Both the position numbers and the translations under genes were made by a program. The notes beneath the pieces were generated by a model. The model had not been told where the DNA came from and did no database searches. It was given only the letters and a program-made list of their open reading frames with translations. DNA of 64,000 nt, from the NCBI GenBank assembly GCA_037190965.1, contig JBBCKI010000070.1:21375-85374 (forward strand). The letters run 5' to 3'. The stretch is from Chthoniobacteraceae bacterium (lineage in GTDB: Bacteria > Verrucomicrobiota > Verrucomicrobiia > Chthoniobacterales > Chthoniobacteraceae). Positions within the stretch are counted from its first letter, which is position 1. Each line of letters starts with the position of its first letter. Positions 39,256 through 50,087 of this stretch are shown in pieces.

Positions 39256-40383
39256 CTAAGGCTGCACGATGGCGACGGTGGCGCCCGGAGATAGCGTGAT
39301 CTGACCGGTCACGACCACGGTTTCACCCGGTTGCACCCCTTCGACGATCACCACCTGCCGGCCTTGCTTCTGCCCCGGCTTGACGGGCCGGAGATCGACA
39401 GTGGAATCGTCCTTCACCACGAATACGAACGGCCCCCGTTTGCCGACCTGCACGGCTTCGCCCGGCACCAGGACGGCATTCTTCAAGGTATCGAGCAGCA
39501 GGCGGACGTTCACAAACTGGCCGGGCCAGAAGAGGCGGTCTTCGTTCTCGATCGCCGCCCGCATCCGCACGACCCCGGCATTCGGCTGCACTCCGCTGTC
39601 GAGAAAGTCGAACTCGCCCTCGCGTTTGATGTCTGAATCATCGGGAAAACTCGCCTCCACCTTCAGCGTCCCCGCCGCCTTGTAGTGGCGAACCTTGGGG
39701 AGCTCATTCTCAGGCACGGAAAAATCGACGTAAATCGGCACCTGCCGCTGGATGAGAAGAAGCTGCGTTTTGTTGGCCTCCACCACGTTGCCGCCATCCA
39801 CCATCCGCTTGCTGGTGCGCCCCGAGATGGGCGAGCGGATGGTGCAGTAATCCAGATTGATCTGCGCCGTCTCCACCGCCGCCTCGTCCGCCGTCACCGC
39901 CGCTTTCGACATCAACGCGTTGCTCTCCGCGACATCGAGCGCCTGGAGCGCCACCGCATTGTTGCGGCTCAACTCGCGGTTGCGCTTGAGTTGCGCCTGG
40001 TCATAGACCGCCTTGGCGCGACTCTGTTCCAATGCCGCCTGCGCCTTGTGAAGGGCGGCTTCAAAAGGGCGGGGATCGAGCGTAAAGAGGAGATCCCCTT
40101 TCTTGACCTCCGCACCGTCCTTGAAGTGAACCTCCAAAATCGCCGCCGTCACCTGCGGCTGGATTGTCACCGCCTCAACCGGAGAGCATTTGCCGATCTC
40201 ATCGAGATAAACCGGGACATCGCGGGTCTCCGCCTTGGCTACCGTCACCGCACGCGCAGGAGGGGCGCCCGGAGCGACGTCCTTCTTCTGGCAGCCGGAC
40301 AGAAAAATCAACCCTCCGAAAAGGAGAACAGGCAACAGAAGCGGGAGGGCTCCGGGAGAGAAACGGGCAGTCATGGCATTCAT
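39256..40383 (-). CDS. RND periplasmic adaptor (MFP), lipoprotein
   Basis: LSGC lipobox, VKKGDLLFTLDPRPF, IRSPISG, WPGQFVNV. Confidence 0.92.
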   Translation of the reverse strand: MNAMTARFSPGALPLLLPVLLFGGLIFLSGCQKKDVAPGAPPARAVTVAKAETRDVPVYLDEIGKCSPVEAVTIQPQVTAAILEVHFKDGAEVKKGDLLFTLDPRPFEAALHKAQAALEQSRAKAVYDQAQLKRNRELSRNNAVALQALDVAESNALMSKAAVTADEAAVETAQINLDYCTIRSPISGRTSKRMVDGGNVVEANKTQLLLIQRQVPIYVDFSVPENELPKVRHYKAAGTLKVEASFPDDSDIKREGEFDFLDSGVQPNAGVVRMRAAIENEDRLFWPGQFVNVRLLLDTLKNAVLVPGEAVQVGKRGPFVFVVKDDSTVDLRPVKPGQKQGRQVVIVEGVQPGETVVVTGQITLSPGATVAIVQP

Positions 40384-40605
40384 AGTGGTGCGATTCGAGC
40401 CAAGATCAACCCCTCGAGATAAAAAAAACTCCAAAAACGCGGGTCCCGGTTCAATCCGGATCCGATGCTGGAGCGGGTGGAATTTTGCAAGAGCCTGAAG
40501 CGGAAACCGTTGAGAAGAAGCGAAGCCCCATCTTTTGCAAGGGCGTGACTCGTCCGGCAGATTTCGCCATTGCTTCAATGCTGCTCAAAATGCTGTCATT
40601 CCGGA

Positions 40606-41634
40606 ATGTCAGATGAATCACCAACTTTGGCGCACCGGCAGATGCCTGCCGAAGTTGCATCAGCATCCGAAGGCTGTCGACCGGCCCGGCCCATCGCAGT
40701 CGTTCTGGATGGATACACTCTCAATCCCGGAGACAATCCGTGGACGAATCTGGAAGCGATCACCGAGTTGACGGTCTACGATCGCACCCCGCCGGAATTG
40801 GTCGTCGAACGGGCAGCCAACGCTGAAATTGTTTTCACCAATAAAACGCCGCTTTCCGCCGAAGCGATCGAAAGCCTGCCCAACCTCCGCTTTATCTCGG
40901 TACTGGCGACAGGCTACAATGTCGTCAACCTGCCAGCCGCAAAGGCGCGGAACATCCCGGTTTCCAATGTGCCGACGTACAGCACCGATACGGTCGCCCA
41001 GCACACCGTCGCGCTTCTCCTGGAGTTGTCCCACCACTGTGGAGAACATTCCGCTGCTGTGCGTGAAGGAGAATGGTCCCGCAGCCCCGATTTCTGCTTC
41101 TGGAGGAAGCCGCTGATCGAACTTGCGGGGAAGACCCTCGGGATTGTCGGCTTTGGGCGGATCGGCCGCCGCGTGGCGACCATTGCAGAGGCGCTTGGAA
41201 TGCGGGTTTGTTATTACAGCCGCCACGTTAATGACCATTCTGAAGGCCAGTTTGTCAGTTGGGATGAATTGCTCCGGATTTCCGACGTTATCTCTCTTCA
41301 TTGCGCGCTGACCCCCGAATCCGAAAGGATGATCAACCGTGACGCCTTGACCCGGATGAAGCCGACCGCACTGGTGATCAACACCAGCCGGGGAGCGCTT
41401 GTCGATGAGGCCGATCTGGCGGATGCCTTGCGCCAAGGGGTGATTGCCGGTGCAGCCGTTGACGTGCTGACCACGGAACCGCCCCGGGAGAATCCGCTGT
41501 TGGCCGCGCCCAACTGTATTATCACTCCCCATATGGCATGGTCGAGCCGGGAGGCTCGGCGCCGTCTGACTGAGGTGACGGTGGAGAATGTCAGGGGCTT
41601 CCTGAGAGGAGCCCCGATCAATGTGGTCCGGTAG
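40606..41634 (+). CDS. D-2-hydroxyacid dehydrogenase (glycerate dehydrogenase-like)
   Basis: VLDGYTLNPGD, GFGRIG, INTSRG, TPHMAW; start uncertain. Confidence 0.9.
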   Translation: MSDESPTLAHRQMPAEVASASEGCRPARPIAVVLDGYTLNPGDNPWTNLEAITELTVYDRTPPELVVERAANAEIVFTNKTPLSAEAIESLPNLRFISVLATGYNVVNLPAAKARNIPVSNVPTYSTDTVAQHTVALLLELSHHCGEHSAAVREGEWSRSPDFCFWRKPLIELAGKTLGIVGFGRIGRRVATIAEALGMRVCYYSRHVNDHSEGQFVSWDELLRISDVISLHCALTPESERMINRDALTRMKPTALVINTSRGALVDEADLADALRQGVIAGAAVDVLTTEPPRENPLLAAPNCIITPHMAWSSREARRRLTEVTVENVRGFLRGAPINVVR

Positions 41635-41647
41635 GCATCAATCCACC

Positions 41648-42274
41648 TTAACGCCAACGCATCAATCGCGCGGGAACTCCGCCATAGATTCCCATCGGTT
41701 CCGTGCTTTTGGTAACCACCGCGTTTGCGGCAATCACGCACCCTTTGGCTAGCACGGTATTGGCGCAGATCGTCGCATTCGCGGCGATCCAGACATCTTC
41801 CTCCAGGGTGATCGGCCCAGCCTTCTCGCCGGTCAGAGCCATTGGCCGGTCTGTGATTTCGTCGTGGTGGCCAACCGTAGCCAGCACCACATGTGCCGCG
41901 ATATTGCAGTACGGCCCCAGTCTCAGGCCGCCCCATCCGTAGAGAACTCCATAGGGAGCAAAGTGACTATGGTGACCTATTTCAACAAAGCTCGATTCCC
42001 AGTTTCCCAAGCCCGCGTAGACGCCCGGATAGAACACCACATGATCTTCAATGATCAGCCTTCCCGGCGAACCTTCGAAATAGCACCGGGGATGGAAGAT
42101 CACGTTCGCTCCAATACGCGCCACCTTCGGCGCACCGAGGAAGTGCGTGCCTGAATGCATGATAACGTTGTCCCCTACTTCGAAGCATTCAGGGTGCTCG
42201 ATATAAACATCAGGGGCGATGCGAACATTGGTGCCGCATTCCTTAAACCGTTTGCAATAAGGATTTTGTTCCAT
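41648..42274 (-). CDS. Hexapeptide-repeat acyltransferase
   Basis: Left-handed beta-helix repeats, EEDVWIAANA, GGVPAR. Confidence 0.85.
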   Translation of the reverse strand: MEQNPYCKRFKECGTNVRIAPDVYIEHPECFEVGDNVIMHSGTHFLGAPKVARIGANVIFHPRCYFEGSPGRLIIEDHVVFYPGVYAGLGNWESSFVEIGHHSHFAPYGVLYGWGGLRLGPYCNIAAHVVLATVGHHDEITDRPMALTGEKAGPITLEEDVWIAANATICANTVLAKGCVIAANAVVTKSTEPMGIYGGVPARLMRWR

Positions 42275-42291
42275 GGCCGCTACAGCGTTGT

Positions 42292-42498
42292 TCACTGCTT
42301 CGTTTTCGCGCTTCGGCAAATCGCGCCGAGAACTTTTTCATGGGCCAGCCCGTCGGCGAAGGTGGGATGCACGCTCTTTCCGTCTACCACGACTTTGACA
42401 AAATCGGCAAACGTATTGATGAAGTATATTCATACCCGATCAAATGGCCCGGCGGCCACCACGTCTCGACATGCGGGAGCCCCTTCCGTCACCGCAAT
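42292..42498 (-). pseudogene. Frameshifted C-terminal remnant of a Gfo/Idh/MocA oxidoreductase
   Basis: Across three frames: IAVTEG / PHVETWWPPGHLIGYEY / FINTFADFVKVVVDGKSVHPTFADGLAHEKVLGAICRSAKTKQ*. Confidence 0.7.
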
Positions 42499-42508
42499 GA
42501 GAGACGCT

Positions 42509-43861
42509 CTAACAGAGTGCAGAGAGAGCAACGGATTCCGGGCGCAAACAAACAAGATCTGAAATTTTGAGAGGAGTTCCGAGCCGGATCGATTCGTTGG
42601 CAGCAAAGCCGATGGCGGCAGAGGCGGCTCCCTGTTCATGCCCGGCATCCCGATTCATGGAATCCCGTGTTTTGCCGGGACCAAAGATCTGCTCCTGTAG
42701 CAGGGGATCTCCGCCGCCATGGGAACCCGCCACCTCTGGAATTGCCACCGCATACGCAGGCTCGAAGAGCGGCTGCACTGTAATGCTTTGAGAGATCTCT
42801 TTGTCGTTAAGAGAGGCGTCGCCTGCCTCACCACGGATAATATGCGACCTGAAATGAGTCGTAAAAATAATACGACCGGCGTCTCCATTCAGAGTGACCC
42901 GGAAGCCTTCAGTGGGAGAAAAAGCCGTGAGCATATACGTCAACAAAGCGCCACTGCGGTAGCGGACGAGAACGCTCAGGGAATCTTCAATGTCGATTCC
43001 ATCACGAAATACGTTACGGTCGCGGATATAACCATCCTCTTTCTCCGCATCGAGGTACAGGCATTTGAGCGAGTCGTTGCCCTGCAAGTCGAGTTTGAAC
43101 GGATCACTGTCAGGGGCCTCTCCCGTGTAGCGGTTGTAACCCGTGAGTGAACCCAACCCTCGCGACAACGCATTCTCCCGCCCATAGAAGGCAAGGTTAC
43201 CGAAGGCAAACACGGTGTCGGGAATGGCATCGAGCCACCAATTGACGAGATCGAAATGATGCGTCGATTTATGCACCAGCAATCCGCCCGATTTGGACTT
43301 TTCACTATGCCAGCGCCGAAAATAGTCGGCCCCATGATTGGTATCGAGAGTGTACTCAAGAAGCACGTTCTTCACGCTGCCGATCACTCCACTCTCCAGC
43401 AACTCCTTGATTTTCGTGGCTCCGGGCATCCAACGCATGTTGAAAGTGACACGAACCGATTTCCCGGTCCTCCGGACCGCTTCAAAGATCCGCCCGCACT
43501 TGAATTGATCCGTGGTGAGCGGCTTTTCGGTGATGACGTCGCACCCTGCGTCGAGCGCCCTGACGATGTACTCATCATGCAACGCATCCACCGTGCAAAC
43601 GATGACCACGTCGGGCTTTTCCCTGGCGAGCATTTTGTCGAACTCCCCTGCCTGGTAAGCAGGGACTTCCGAAACTCCGAATTTGCTGCTCAAGCGATTT
43701 CGATGAAAGGCAAGCCTCACCGGGTTGATATCGCAAATGCCGACCAGTTCCGACGTGTCGGCATAGTTCGAAACAATCGGATCCAGAAACATCACGGCAC
43801 GCCCTCCGGTGCCGACGACTGCATAGCGTTTTTTGCGTAGTGAAGAAGCGTTCGTTGTCAT
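42509..43861 (-). CDS. Gfo/Idh/MocA oxidoreductase (YteT-like)
   Basis: YAVVGTGGR, EKP, HGADYFRRWH, HKSTHHFD, HGGGD. Confidence 0.92.
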   Translation of the reverse strand: MTTNASSLRKKRYAVVGTGGRAVMFLDPIVSNYADTSELVGICDINPVRLAFHRNRLSSKFGVSEVPAYQAGEFDKMLAREKPDVVIVCTVDALHDEYIVRALDAGCDVITEKPLTTDQFKCGRIFEAVRRTGKSVRVTFNMRWMPGATKIKELLESGVIGSVKNVLLEYTLDTNHGADYFRRWHSEKSKSGGLLVHKSTHHFDLVNWWLDAIPDTVFAFGNLAFYGRENALSRGLGSLTGYNRYTGEAPDSDPFKLDLQGNDSLKCLYLDAEKEDGYIRDRNVFRDGIDIEDSLSVLVRYRSGALLTYMLTAFSPTEGFRVTLNGDAGRIIFTTHFRSHIIRGEAGDASLNDKEISQSITVQPLFEPAYAVAIPEVAGSHGGGDPLLQEQIFGPGKTRDSMNRDAGHEQGAASAAIGFAANESIRLGTPLKISDLVCLRPESVALSALC

Positions 43862-43985
43862 GACTAGGTGGGGCCTGAGCTGCGGTTAAACAAAACGGAG
43901 CCGCATCCATCCCGGCGCGATGATGGCGGGATGGCGGGCTCAACAGCGATGAGGGAAAGCCACTGTGAAATCAACCAATCCCAAC

Positions 43986-44004
43986 TGGTTTCCCAAAAAG
44001 ACCA
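43986..44004. promoter_or_regulatory. Candidate operator TGGTTY-N7-ARACCA, copy A
   Basis: TGGTTTCCCAAAAAGACCA in the divergent intergenic region. Confidence 0.6.
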
Positions 44005-44113
44005 GCGTATCCGGCTTGAACCGGCATAGTCGCTATTGGACCCTGCTAAAGCCAAAGAAGCGATAGGCAACCCGCGGGCAGCCTATTCAATGAACCCCCA
44101 AAAGAGAACACCC

Positions 44114-46390
44114 ATGACCTTCATCTCGAAATTTCCGACCTCCGTCTTACCGGCTGCGGCCTTGGCGATCTTCTGCGCAACTCACCAAGCCTCGGCGGCT
44201 GGCAAGACGTGGAATAGCAGTGGCACGGATTTCAATACGGGGAGCAACTGGTCCGCTTCGGGCGTTCCGGGTTCCACAGACCATATTGTTTTCGCGACAG
44301 CAACTACGGGAACCAACCCGAACCTTTCATCGGCCACGACCATTCAGCAGATCCTGTTCTCTGATGCTGCCAGCTCCGGTTGGACGATCTCGGGCTCAAC
44401 CATGACTCTCACGAGTCCCGGAACCGGGGCCACCCCCGGGACAGGTGCCGCCATCTATGCCTTAAATACCAGTGGCACCAATACGATCTCCGCAAATCTC
44501 GTCCTCGGCGCAACAAGCGTCCAGAACCAGCGCTTCGATGTCACCACAGGCGGGACGCTGCTCATCTCCGGGACAATCAGCGGCAATATTGGAACGTTGG
44601 TAAAAGGGGGCAACGGCACCATCTCTCTCACAGGGTCTAACACTTTCAGTGCTACCATTTCGATTTCGAATGGAACCTTGCAGGTGAGCAACAATGCCGC
44701 TCTGGGTAACAGCGCCAATGGGGTGACCCTGGCTGGCGGCATCCTGAAGTTCGGCTCGGCATTCGATCTCTCTGAACGATCCGTCAACATCTCGGCGGGA
44801 ACCTCGCGGCTCGATACCAATGGATTTGATGTAACGCTGGCCAACTCCATCGGCGGCGGTGGCGCTGGAACACTGAGGAAGGACGGCGCAGGAACGCTGA
44901 CTCTTTCCGGCAGCAACAATTACACCGGTGGCACCACGATCAACGCCGGTGCGGTGGCCATCGGACACAATTCCGCGCTCGGCACGGGGACGGCGTCCAT
45001 TACCGGCGCGGTGACCCTTCGAAGCGACAGCGCAGTGGACCGTGTGCTGGCCAATGCAATCAACCTGGCGCATACCGGCGCGACGACCATCGGAGACGGC
45101 GGGAATCTCACCTTCGGAGCGATGACCCTCACCAACGCCACGGCCAACACGCTGACAGTCAACAATGCGGTCACGACGGTCGCATCGATCGGCGAAGATG
45201 CCGGAGGACGCAAATTCACGAAGGCAGGAACAGGGGCGTTGGTTGCGACGGGTGATAGCAACTTTACCGGCGCCACTCAGATCAACGGAGGCGTCTTTGC
45301 GGTCCGCGGCACTTTTAATCATACCGGCAATCTCGGGCTGAACGGTGGCGTCATGGGGCTCAATGGGACCTATTCCAAGAATCTCGGCACCTCGGGCAAC
45401 CAGGTTCAATGGCTTGCGAATGCGGCCGGCGGGTTTGCCGCGATCGGAGCGAACAATACCTGGGGCCACAGCGCCAATAACCTGACCGTCAACATCGGCG
45501 GCAGTGCATCGACGTTGACCTTTGGGAGCACCAACTTCATTGCCAGCGGACGCGCCCTGATTCTTGGGGCTGCCGTCTCCAACGGAACGGTCACGTGGCA
45601 AAACGGGCTGAACCTTGCGGGAGCCAATCAGACGGTCCAGGTCAATCGCAGTACGGTGGTCGGCGCGGGAGTGGACGCCATCATCACCGGAGTCATCTCC
45701 AACGGCAGCCTGACGAAAACCGGCGATGGCATCCTGAGCTTGGGAACCAAGGATAACCTCGTCACCCAAAACTACGCGGGGGCCACGCTCGTCAACGCGG
45801 GAACCCTCTTGATTAACGGCTCCGTGGGGAACGGCGGCATCACGGTTGCCAGTGGCGCCAAACTTGGGGGTGAAATCACGGCGGGAGGCACGACGACCAT
45901 CCAGAGCGGCGCAACCCTGGCGGTCGGCAACAGCGCGGGCCTCGGGACGTTCGCTTCGCTAAGCCTCTCGGGCATCACCGAGATCGAGATCAATGCGGGC
46001 GCGGATGCTTCAGGACGCGGCACGACCTATGACGCGATCAACGTGACTAGCGAAGGCGGTCTTACTTACGGGGGCACCCTCAAGCTGGTGTTCGCAGGAA
46101 CAGTCACAGACACGGGAGCGTTCGATCTCTTCGATTTCGTCGGAACGACCCACAATAGCTTCACGGATATCGTCCTCTTCGCTGGGGAAACCAACATAGG
46201 CTCGCTCACCTTTACTGGCGGTGTTTGGGGAGGAACCTTCGATCTCGGCTACGGCTCCGGCATGCAGAGCTTTACCTTCAGCGAATCGACCGGTGGAATG
46301 ACCGTCATCCCCGAGCCCTCCACATGGGCACTGATCGGCCTGGGCCTGGCATTTGCCATCGCCCGGAAGCGGCAACTTGTGAGTGCGTAG
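44114..46390 (+). CDS. Autotransporter-associated beta-strand-repeat protein with PEP-CTERM anchor
   Basis: Repeated L.K.G.GTL.L.G.N.Y.G.T.I..G; C-terminal IPEPSTWAL-TM-RKR; signal peptide. Confidence 0.92.
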   Translation: MTFISKFPTSVLPAAALAIFCATHQASAAGKTWNSSGTDFNTGSNWSASGVPGSTDHIVFATATTGTNPNLSSATTIQQILFSDAASSGWTISGSTMTLTSPGTGATPGTGAAIYALNTSGTNTISANLVLGATSVQNQRFDVTTGGTLLISGTISGNIGTLVKGGNGTISLTGSNTFSATISISNGTLQVSNNAALGNSANGVTLAGGILKFGSAFDLSERSVNISAGTSRLDTNGFDVTLANSIGGGGAGTLRKDGAGTLTLSGSNNYTGGTTINAGAVAIGHNSALGTGTASITGAVTLRSDSAVDRVLANAINLAHTGATTIGDGGNLTFGAMTLTNATANTLTVNNAVTTVASIGEDAGGRKFTKAGTGALVATGDSNFTGATQINGGVFAVRGTFNHTGNLGLNGGVMGLNGTYSKNLGTSGNQVQWLANAAGGFAAIGANNTWGHSANNLTVNIGGSASTLTFGSTNFIASGRALILGAAVSNGTVTWQNGLNLAGANQTVQVNRSTVVGAGVDAIITGVISNGSLTKTGDGILSLGTKDNLVTQNYAGATLVNAGTLLINGSVGNGGITVASGAKLGGEITAGGTTTIQSGATLAVGNSAGLGTFASLSLSGITEIEINAGADASGRGTTYDAINVTSEGGLTYGGTLKLVFAGTVTDTGAFDLFDFVGTTHNSFTDIVLFAGETNIGSLTFTGGVWGGTFDLGYGSGMQSFTFSESTGGMTVIPEPSTWALIGLGLAFAIARKRQLVSA

Positions 46391-46394
46391 CCGG

Positions 46395-47492
46395 TTATTG
46401 GTGTTTTTGTGAAGGGGGTGCGAAACTGACGTTCCCCCGGATCTCAGGAACGATCAACGCTGCCGCACCGGAGCTGACCGTTCCTGTATCGACCAGCTCG
46501 ATTACTGATCTCGCCAGCTTCTTTCGGAAGGCGTTATGGTTGATGTCGTAACTGGCAACCGACGGGTTGGTATATTGCAGAAAGTGCCGGTAATCCCGAC
46601 TGATCAAGGAAATGTCATTGGGAACCGACAAGCCCATCGACAGGATGGTTGTCAGGCTCATCAAAGCCAGCTCCGCTGAAATCGTGATTAAACCGGTCGG
46701 CCTCGATGACGATTTGAGAATGTTTCGCAGGAAAGGCGCGATGTCCCGAGTATCCGCATCGAACCGGATCACCTGAGCGGAGACATTGCCTTCTTTGTGG
46801 TGCCCGGAGACCTCGAGAAATCCTTCAATGCTCGACATTGCGCCCGGGAATTTTACGTCCCGGGTGATAAGGGCGATGTTCTGGTGTCCCAGCCGGAGAA
46901 GTTGCCCGGCGGCATGACGACAGACGGCCTTAAAGTCGATATCGATGTGAGGGAGGCCGATCCCCGGATGAGGGGTTCCAACAAGAAAACAGTTCACCTG
47001 GCTCTTGAAGAAAAGCTCCTGGATATGCTGATTGCCGGCAAAGAGCACCCAGCACGCCGCTTTTCGCGTCGCCAGGAGTTGGTCAATATGCATCGCCGCC
47101 AGACCGCCGATCTCGTTCCCCTCGCAAAAGATCTCCAGTGTCAGCCCGGCTGCATGGAGATCGTGCTGAAGATTATTGAGCCGCCACGAGGTGAGTGCAT
47201 CCATGCTCTCCGGTGAACCCTTTACAAAAGCGGCAACCACTTTGGACTGCCGGTTGGCCCGTGTTTTGGGCGGCTTCACGATTCTCGTCCTTTTGCCCTG
47301 TGCAATCTTGAGCAGCTTCTTCTTTTCGAGAACCAGAATGGCCTTGCGAAGGCTGGATCTTCCAACCTGAAGATCCCGACTCAACTGGCGTTCCGCCGGA
47401 AGATATTCCCCCCACTCTCCGGCTTCGATGGAATGCGTCAGCGCATCCACAATGGACGAAATCAAATCCAGCCGAACCGGGCGCATAGTCAT
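46395..47492 (-). CDS. Transcriptional regulator: GntR-type wHTH plus LacI-type sensor domain
   Basis: LPAERQLSRDLQVGRSSLRKAI; LGHQNIALI, PTGLI, GLSVPNDISLIS. Confidence 0.88.
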   Translation of the reverse strand: MTMRPVRLDLISSIVDALTHSIEAGEWGEYLPAERQLSRDLQVGRSSLRKAILVLEKKKLLKIAQGKRTRIVKPPKTRANRQSKVVAAFVKGSPESMDALTSWRLNNLQHDLHAAGLTLEIFCEGNEIGGLAAMHIDQLLATRKAACWVLFAGNQHIQELFFKSQVNCFLVGTPHPGIGLPHIDIDFKAVCRHAAGQLLRLGHQNIALITRDVKFPGAMSSIEGFLEVSGHHKEGNVSAQVIRFDADTRDIAPFLRNILKSSSRPTGLITISAELALMSLTTILSMGLSVPNDISLISRDYRHFLQYTNPSVASYDINHNAFRKKLARSVIELVDTGTVSSGAAALIVPEIRGNVSFAPPSQKHQ

Positions 47493-47599
47493 GGGGGTGA
47501 TGGAGGGATTTGCAAGAGGCGAGGAAACCACTTGCACACCAGTCAGCTTATGAGCAACCTGCTGAACGTCAATCTTCAATGAACCCTGGGTTGTCCATC

Positions 47600-47618
47600 T
47601 GGTTTGCTACGAAAACCA
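47600..47618. promoter_or_regulatory. Candidate operator TGGTTY-N7-ARACCA, copy B
   Basis: TGGTTTGCTACGAAAACCA between the regulator and the ABC operon. Confidence 0.6.
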
Positions 47619-47664
47619 CCTAGCCCAACTTGAGAGGCGCGGACTTTTCCCTTTAAGTCCTTGT

Positions 47665-50085
47665 GTGAATTTCTCCCCCGCCCCCTTGGCTCTCGCAGAC
47701 CTGGCCCATCGGCATCTGCGTCATCTGTTGGGCATTTTTCTGATGTGGATCATTAGCTTGGGCGGTGACGCGGCGACGGCTCAAGCAGCACCCATTTCGC
47801 TCCGGGTCCAGGGGCTTCCCAGCGATGCCGCCACCGACCCGGCCTCCATTGCCGAACAAAACGTGGTCGCGCGGTTCCGGGAGAAGTATCCGTATATCGA
47901 CGTCCAACCCGCAGAAGGGCTCAAACTCGCAACGCTCAATAGCGAAGCCAGCACGATCATGATGATTGCGGGCGGGATCGCGCCGGACGTCATCCGGATG
48001 AACTTCCGAAGCAGCGATACCTATATCCGCCAGGGGATTGTTTTGCCCTTGGACGAGTTTCTTGCGCGGGAAGCGACGGATGGCGACCAGGAGGTTCTCG
48101 CCGCGATCCCTTCTCAAATCCTGCCTGTGGTCCGGAAGACGGCACCCGATGGACAAAAGCGCTTGTATGGCCTTCCGTTGCAGTTGCTGGTCAGTGGTCT
48201 TTACTACAACAAGGAACTCTTTCGTCAGGCAGGGTTGCCGCCGCGAGCGCCTAGGAATTGGGATGAACTGCTCGAGTTCGCCCGCAAGATCACCGCGCTG
48301 GGGCCTCAGTACCGCGGCATCTTTCTCCAGTCCGGACTCTCGGCGAGCTTCTCCTTGATGAACTTTGTTCGCGCGGCGGGAGGCGATGCCGTGGCGGAAG
48401 AATCTCCCGACCATTGGCAGGCCGTTTTCAATTCACCCGAGGCCGTGGATGCCTACCTGCTCTATTACCGGCTCGTCGCTGCCGAGACGCTTGCCTACCG
48501 GACGCCGGGGACCCTCAAGGAAGAGATGATGAGCAAGATGGGGATGTTCTTCCGCTATGTCGGGGACACCGTGCCGATCGACTCGGAACGGTGGGGCTTC
48601 GGGGCGGTCCCCAAAGGCCCGAGAGGCGATGGAGGGTCCGAGATCAATGCCGGGATTCTTGCCATCTTTTCGGGCATCACCGATCCCGCAAAACGGCTTG
48701 CCGCGTGGCAATATATTCGGTTTGTCACCAGCGAAGAGGCGGACCGCCTGCGGATTGCCTCGCTGGTTGATCTCGGCCTCGCGAGCACCGTCAATCCGGC
48801 ACACCTTCGCAGATTCGGCTTCTCGGAATACCTGGTGATGTCGCCCAAGGGGCTTGAGGAAGAGCTGACGGAAGCTCTCGCCACCGGGAAACCGGAGCCT
48901 TATGGGAAGAATTGCAATCTGATCTATCAGGAGATGACCTATCCGCTCGACCAGATGCTATTGAGCCCCACCATCGGACAGGCATGGCGCGCGGGGGATC
49001 AAGACGCTGTACGCCGCGAAGTGCAGGATATCCTCAATCGCGCCGTGGCGCGAACCAACGAGCGGATGATGGGCTACGTCGCGCCGGAGACGATGAAGGT
49101 TCGCCGCATTGTCGCCTGTGCGGTGGTGATTGGGATTGTGGCGGCCTTTGGATTCGTCGGCCGCTCGGTGGTCCGGGCTTTCTCCAGCGGAGCGGCGGGG
49201 GTCTCCCGGCCCGTTGCAAGCAAAAGCATTGTTCCGTGGCTCTGCCTTCTCCCGGCAGGTCTCCTTGTCTTTACCTGGAGCTATCTTCCCCTTCTCCGTG
49301 GAACACAGATCGCCTTTCTGGACTACCAGATTCTGTTGCGCTCCACGTTTGTCGGGTTGGATAACTTCGCCAATGTGCTCTTCGATGGCAGTTTCTGGAA
49401 TTCGCTTCTGGCCACCCTTCACTTTGCGGGATGGACGCTTACGCTAGGCTTCGCCGCTCCCATCCTGCTTGCCTACCTGCTGCACCTTATCCCGAAACAT
49501 AAGGTGCTTTTCCGCACAATTTACTACCTGCCCGCCGTCATCAGCGGCACGGCGGTCTTCTTCCTCTGGAAAGAGCTTTTCGATACGGAGGGCATCTTCA
49601 ACCGCATCCTCCGCTTCGCGGGATTCGAAGCCGCCATGGCGTGGCCCGAAAGCCCGCATCTGGCGATGCTCTCGTGCGTGATCCCGGGGATTTGGGCGGG
49701 AACCGGACCGGGATGCCTGATCTATCTCGCCGCCCTCAAGACGATCCCGGAGGAACAATTTGAAGCCTCGGAGATCGATGGGGCCGGTTTTTGGAACAAA
49801 ACCCTGCATATCGTTTTCCCTAGCCTCAAGGCGCTCATTGTCATCAACTTCGTGGGAGCGGTGGCAGCCGCATTCCATGGCGCGACCAATGTCATGATCA
49901 TGACCGGCGGCGGCCCCAATGGAATGACCGAGGTGACCTCGCTGAAGATCTTCTATGAAGCGTTCGCGCGGCTTCGCTTCGGACCGGCGACCGCGATGGC
50001 GTGGGTTATCGGCAGCATGCTGGTCGGCTTCACGGTGCTCCAGCTTCGCCGCCTCAGCCGGATGGAATTCAAGACCGCCAAATAA
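47665..50085 (+). CDS. Fused sugar solute-binding protein / MalF-type ABC permease
   Basis: APDV...LYYNKELFRQAGL..PRNWDE SBP; FVGLDNF and EASEIDGA EAA loop; start uncertain. Confidence 0.88.
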   Translation: MNFSPAPLALADLAHRHLRHLLGIFLMWIISLGGDAATAQAAPISLRVQGLPSDAATDPASIAEQNVVARFREKYPYIDVQPAEGLKLATLNSEASTIMMIAGGIAPDVIRMNFRSSDTYIRQGIVLPLDEFLAREATDGDQEVLAAIPSQILPVVRKTAPDGQKRLYGLPLQLLVSGLYYNKELFRQAGLPPRAPRNWDELLEFARKITALGPQYRGIFLQSGLSASFSLMNFVRAAGGDAVAEESPDHWQAVFNSPEAVDAYLLYYRLVAAETLAYRTPGTLKEEMMSKMGMFFRYVGDTVPIDSERWGFGAVPKGPRGDGGSEINAGILAIFSGITDPAKRLAAWQYIRFVTSEEADRLRIASLVDLGLASTVNPAHLRRFGFSEYLVMSPKGLEEELTEALATGKPEPYGKNCNLIYQEMTYPLDQMLLSPTIGQAWRAGDQDAVRREVQDILNRAVARTNERMMGYVAPETMKVRRIVACAVVIGIVAAFGFVGRSVVRAFSSGAAGVSRPVASKSIVPWLCLLPAGLLVFTWSYLPLLRGTQIAFLDYQILLRSTFVGLDNFANVLFDGSFWNSLLATLHFAGWTLTLGFAAPILLAYLLHLIPKHKVLFRTIYYLPAVISGTAVFFLWKELFDTEGIFNRILRFAGFEAAMAWPESPHLAMLSCVIPGIWAGTGPGCLIYLAALKTIPEEQFEASEIDGAGFWNKTLHIVFPSLKALIVINFVGAVAAAFHGATNVMIMTGGGPNGMTEVTSLKIFYEAFARLRFGPATAMAWVIGSMLVGFTVLQLRRLSRMEFKTAK

Positions 50086-50087
50086 TC

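Noticed and set aside
44114..46390. Classical autotransporter
   Set aside because: No C-terminal beta-barrel; the protein ends in a PEP-CTERM sorting signal.
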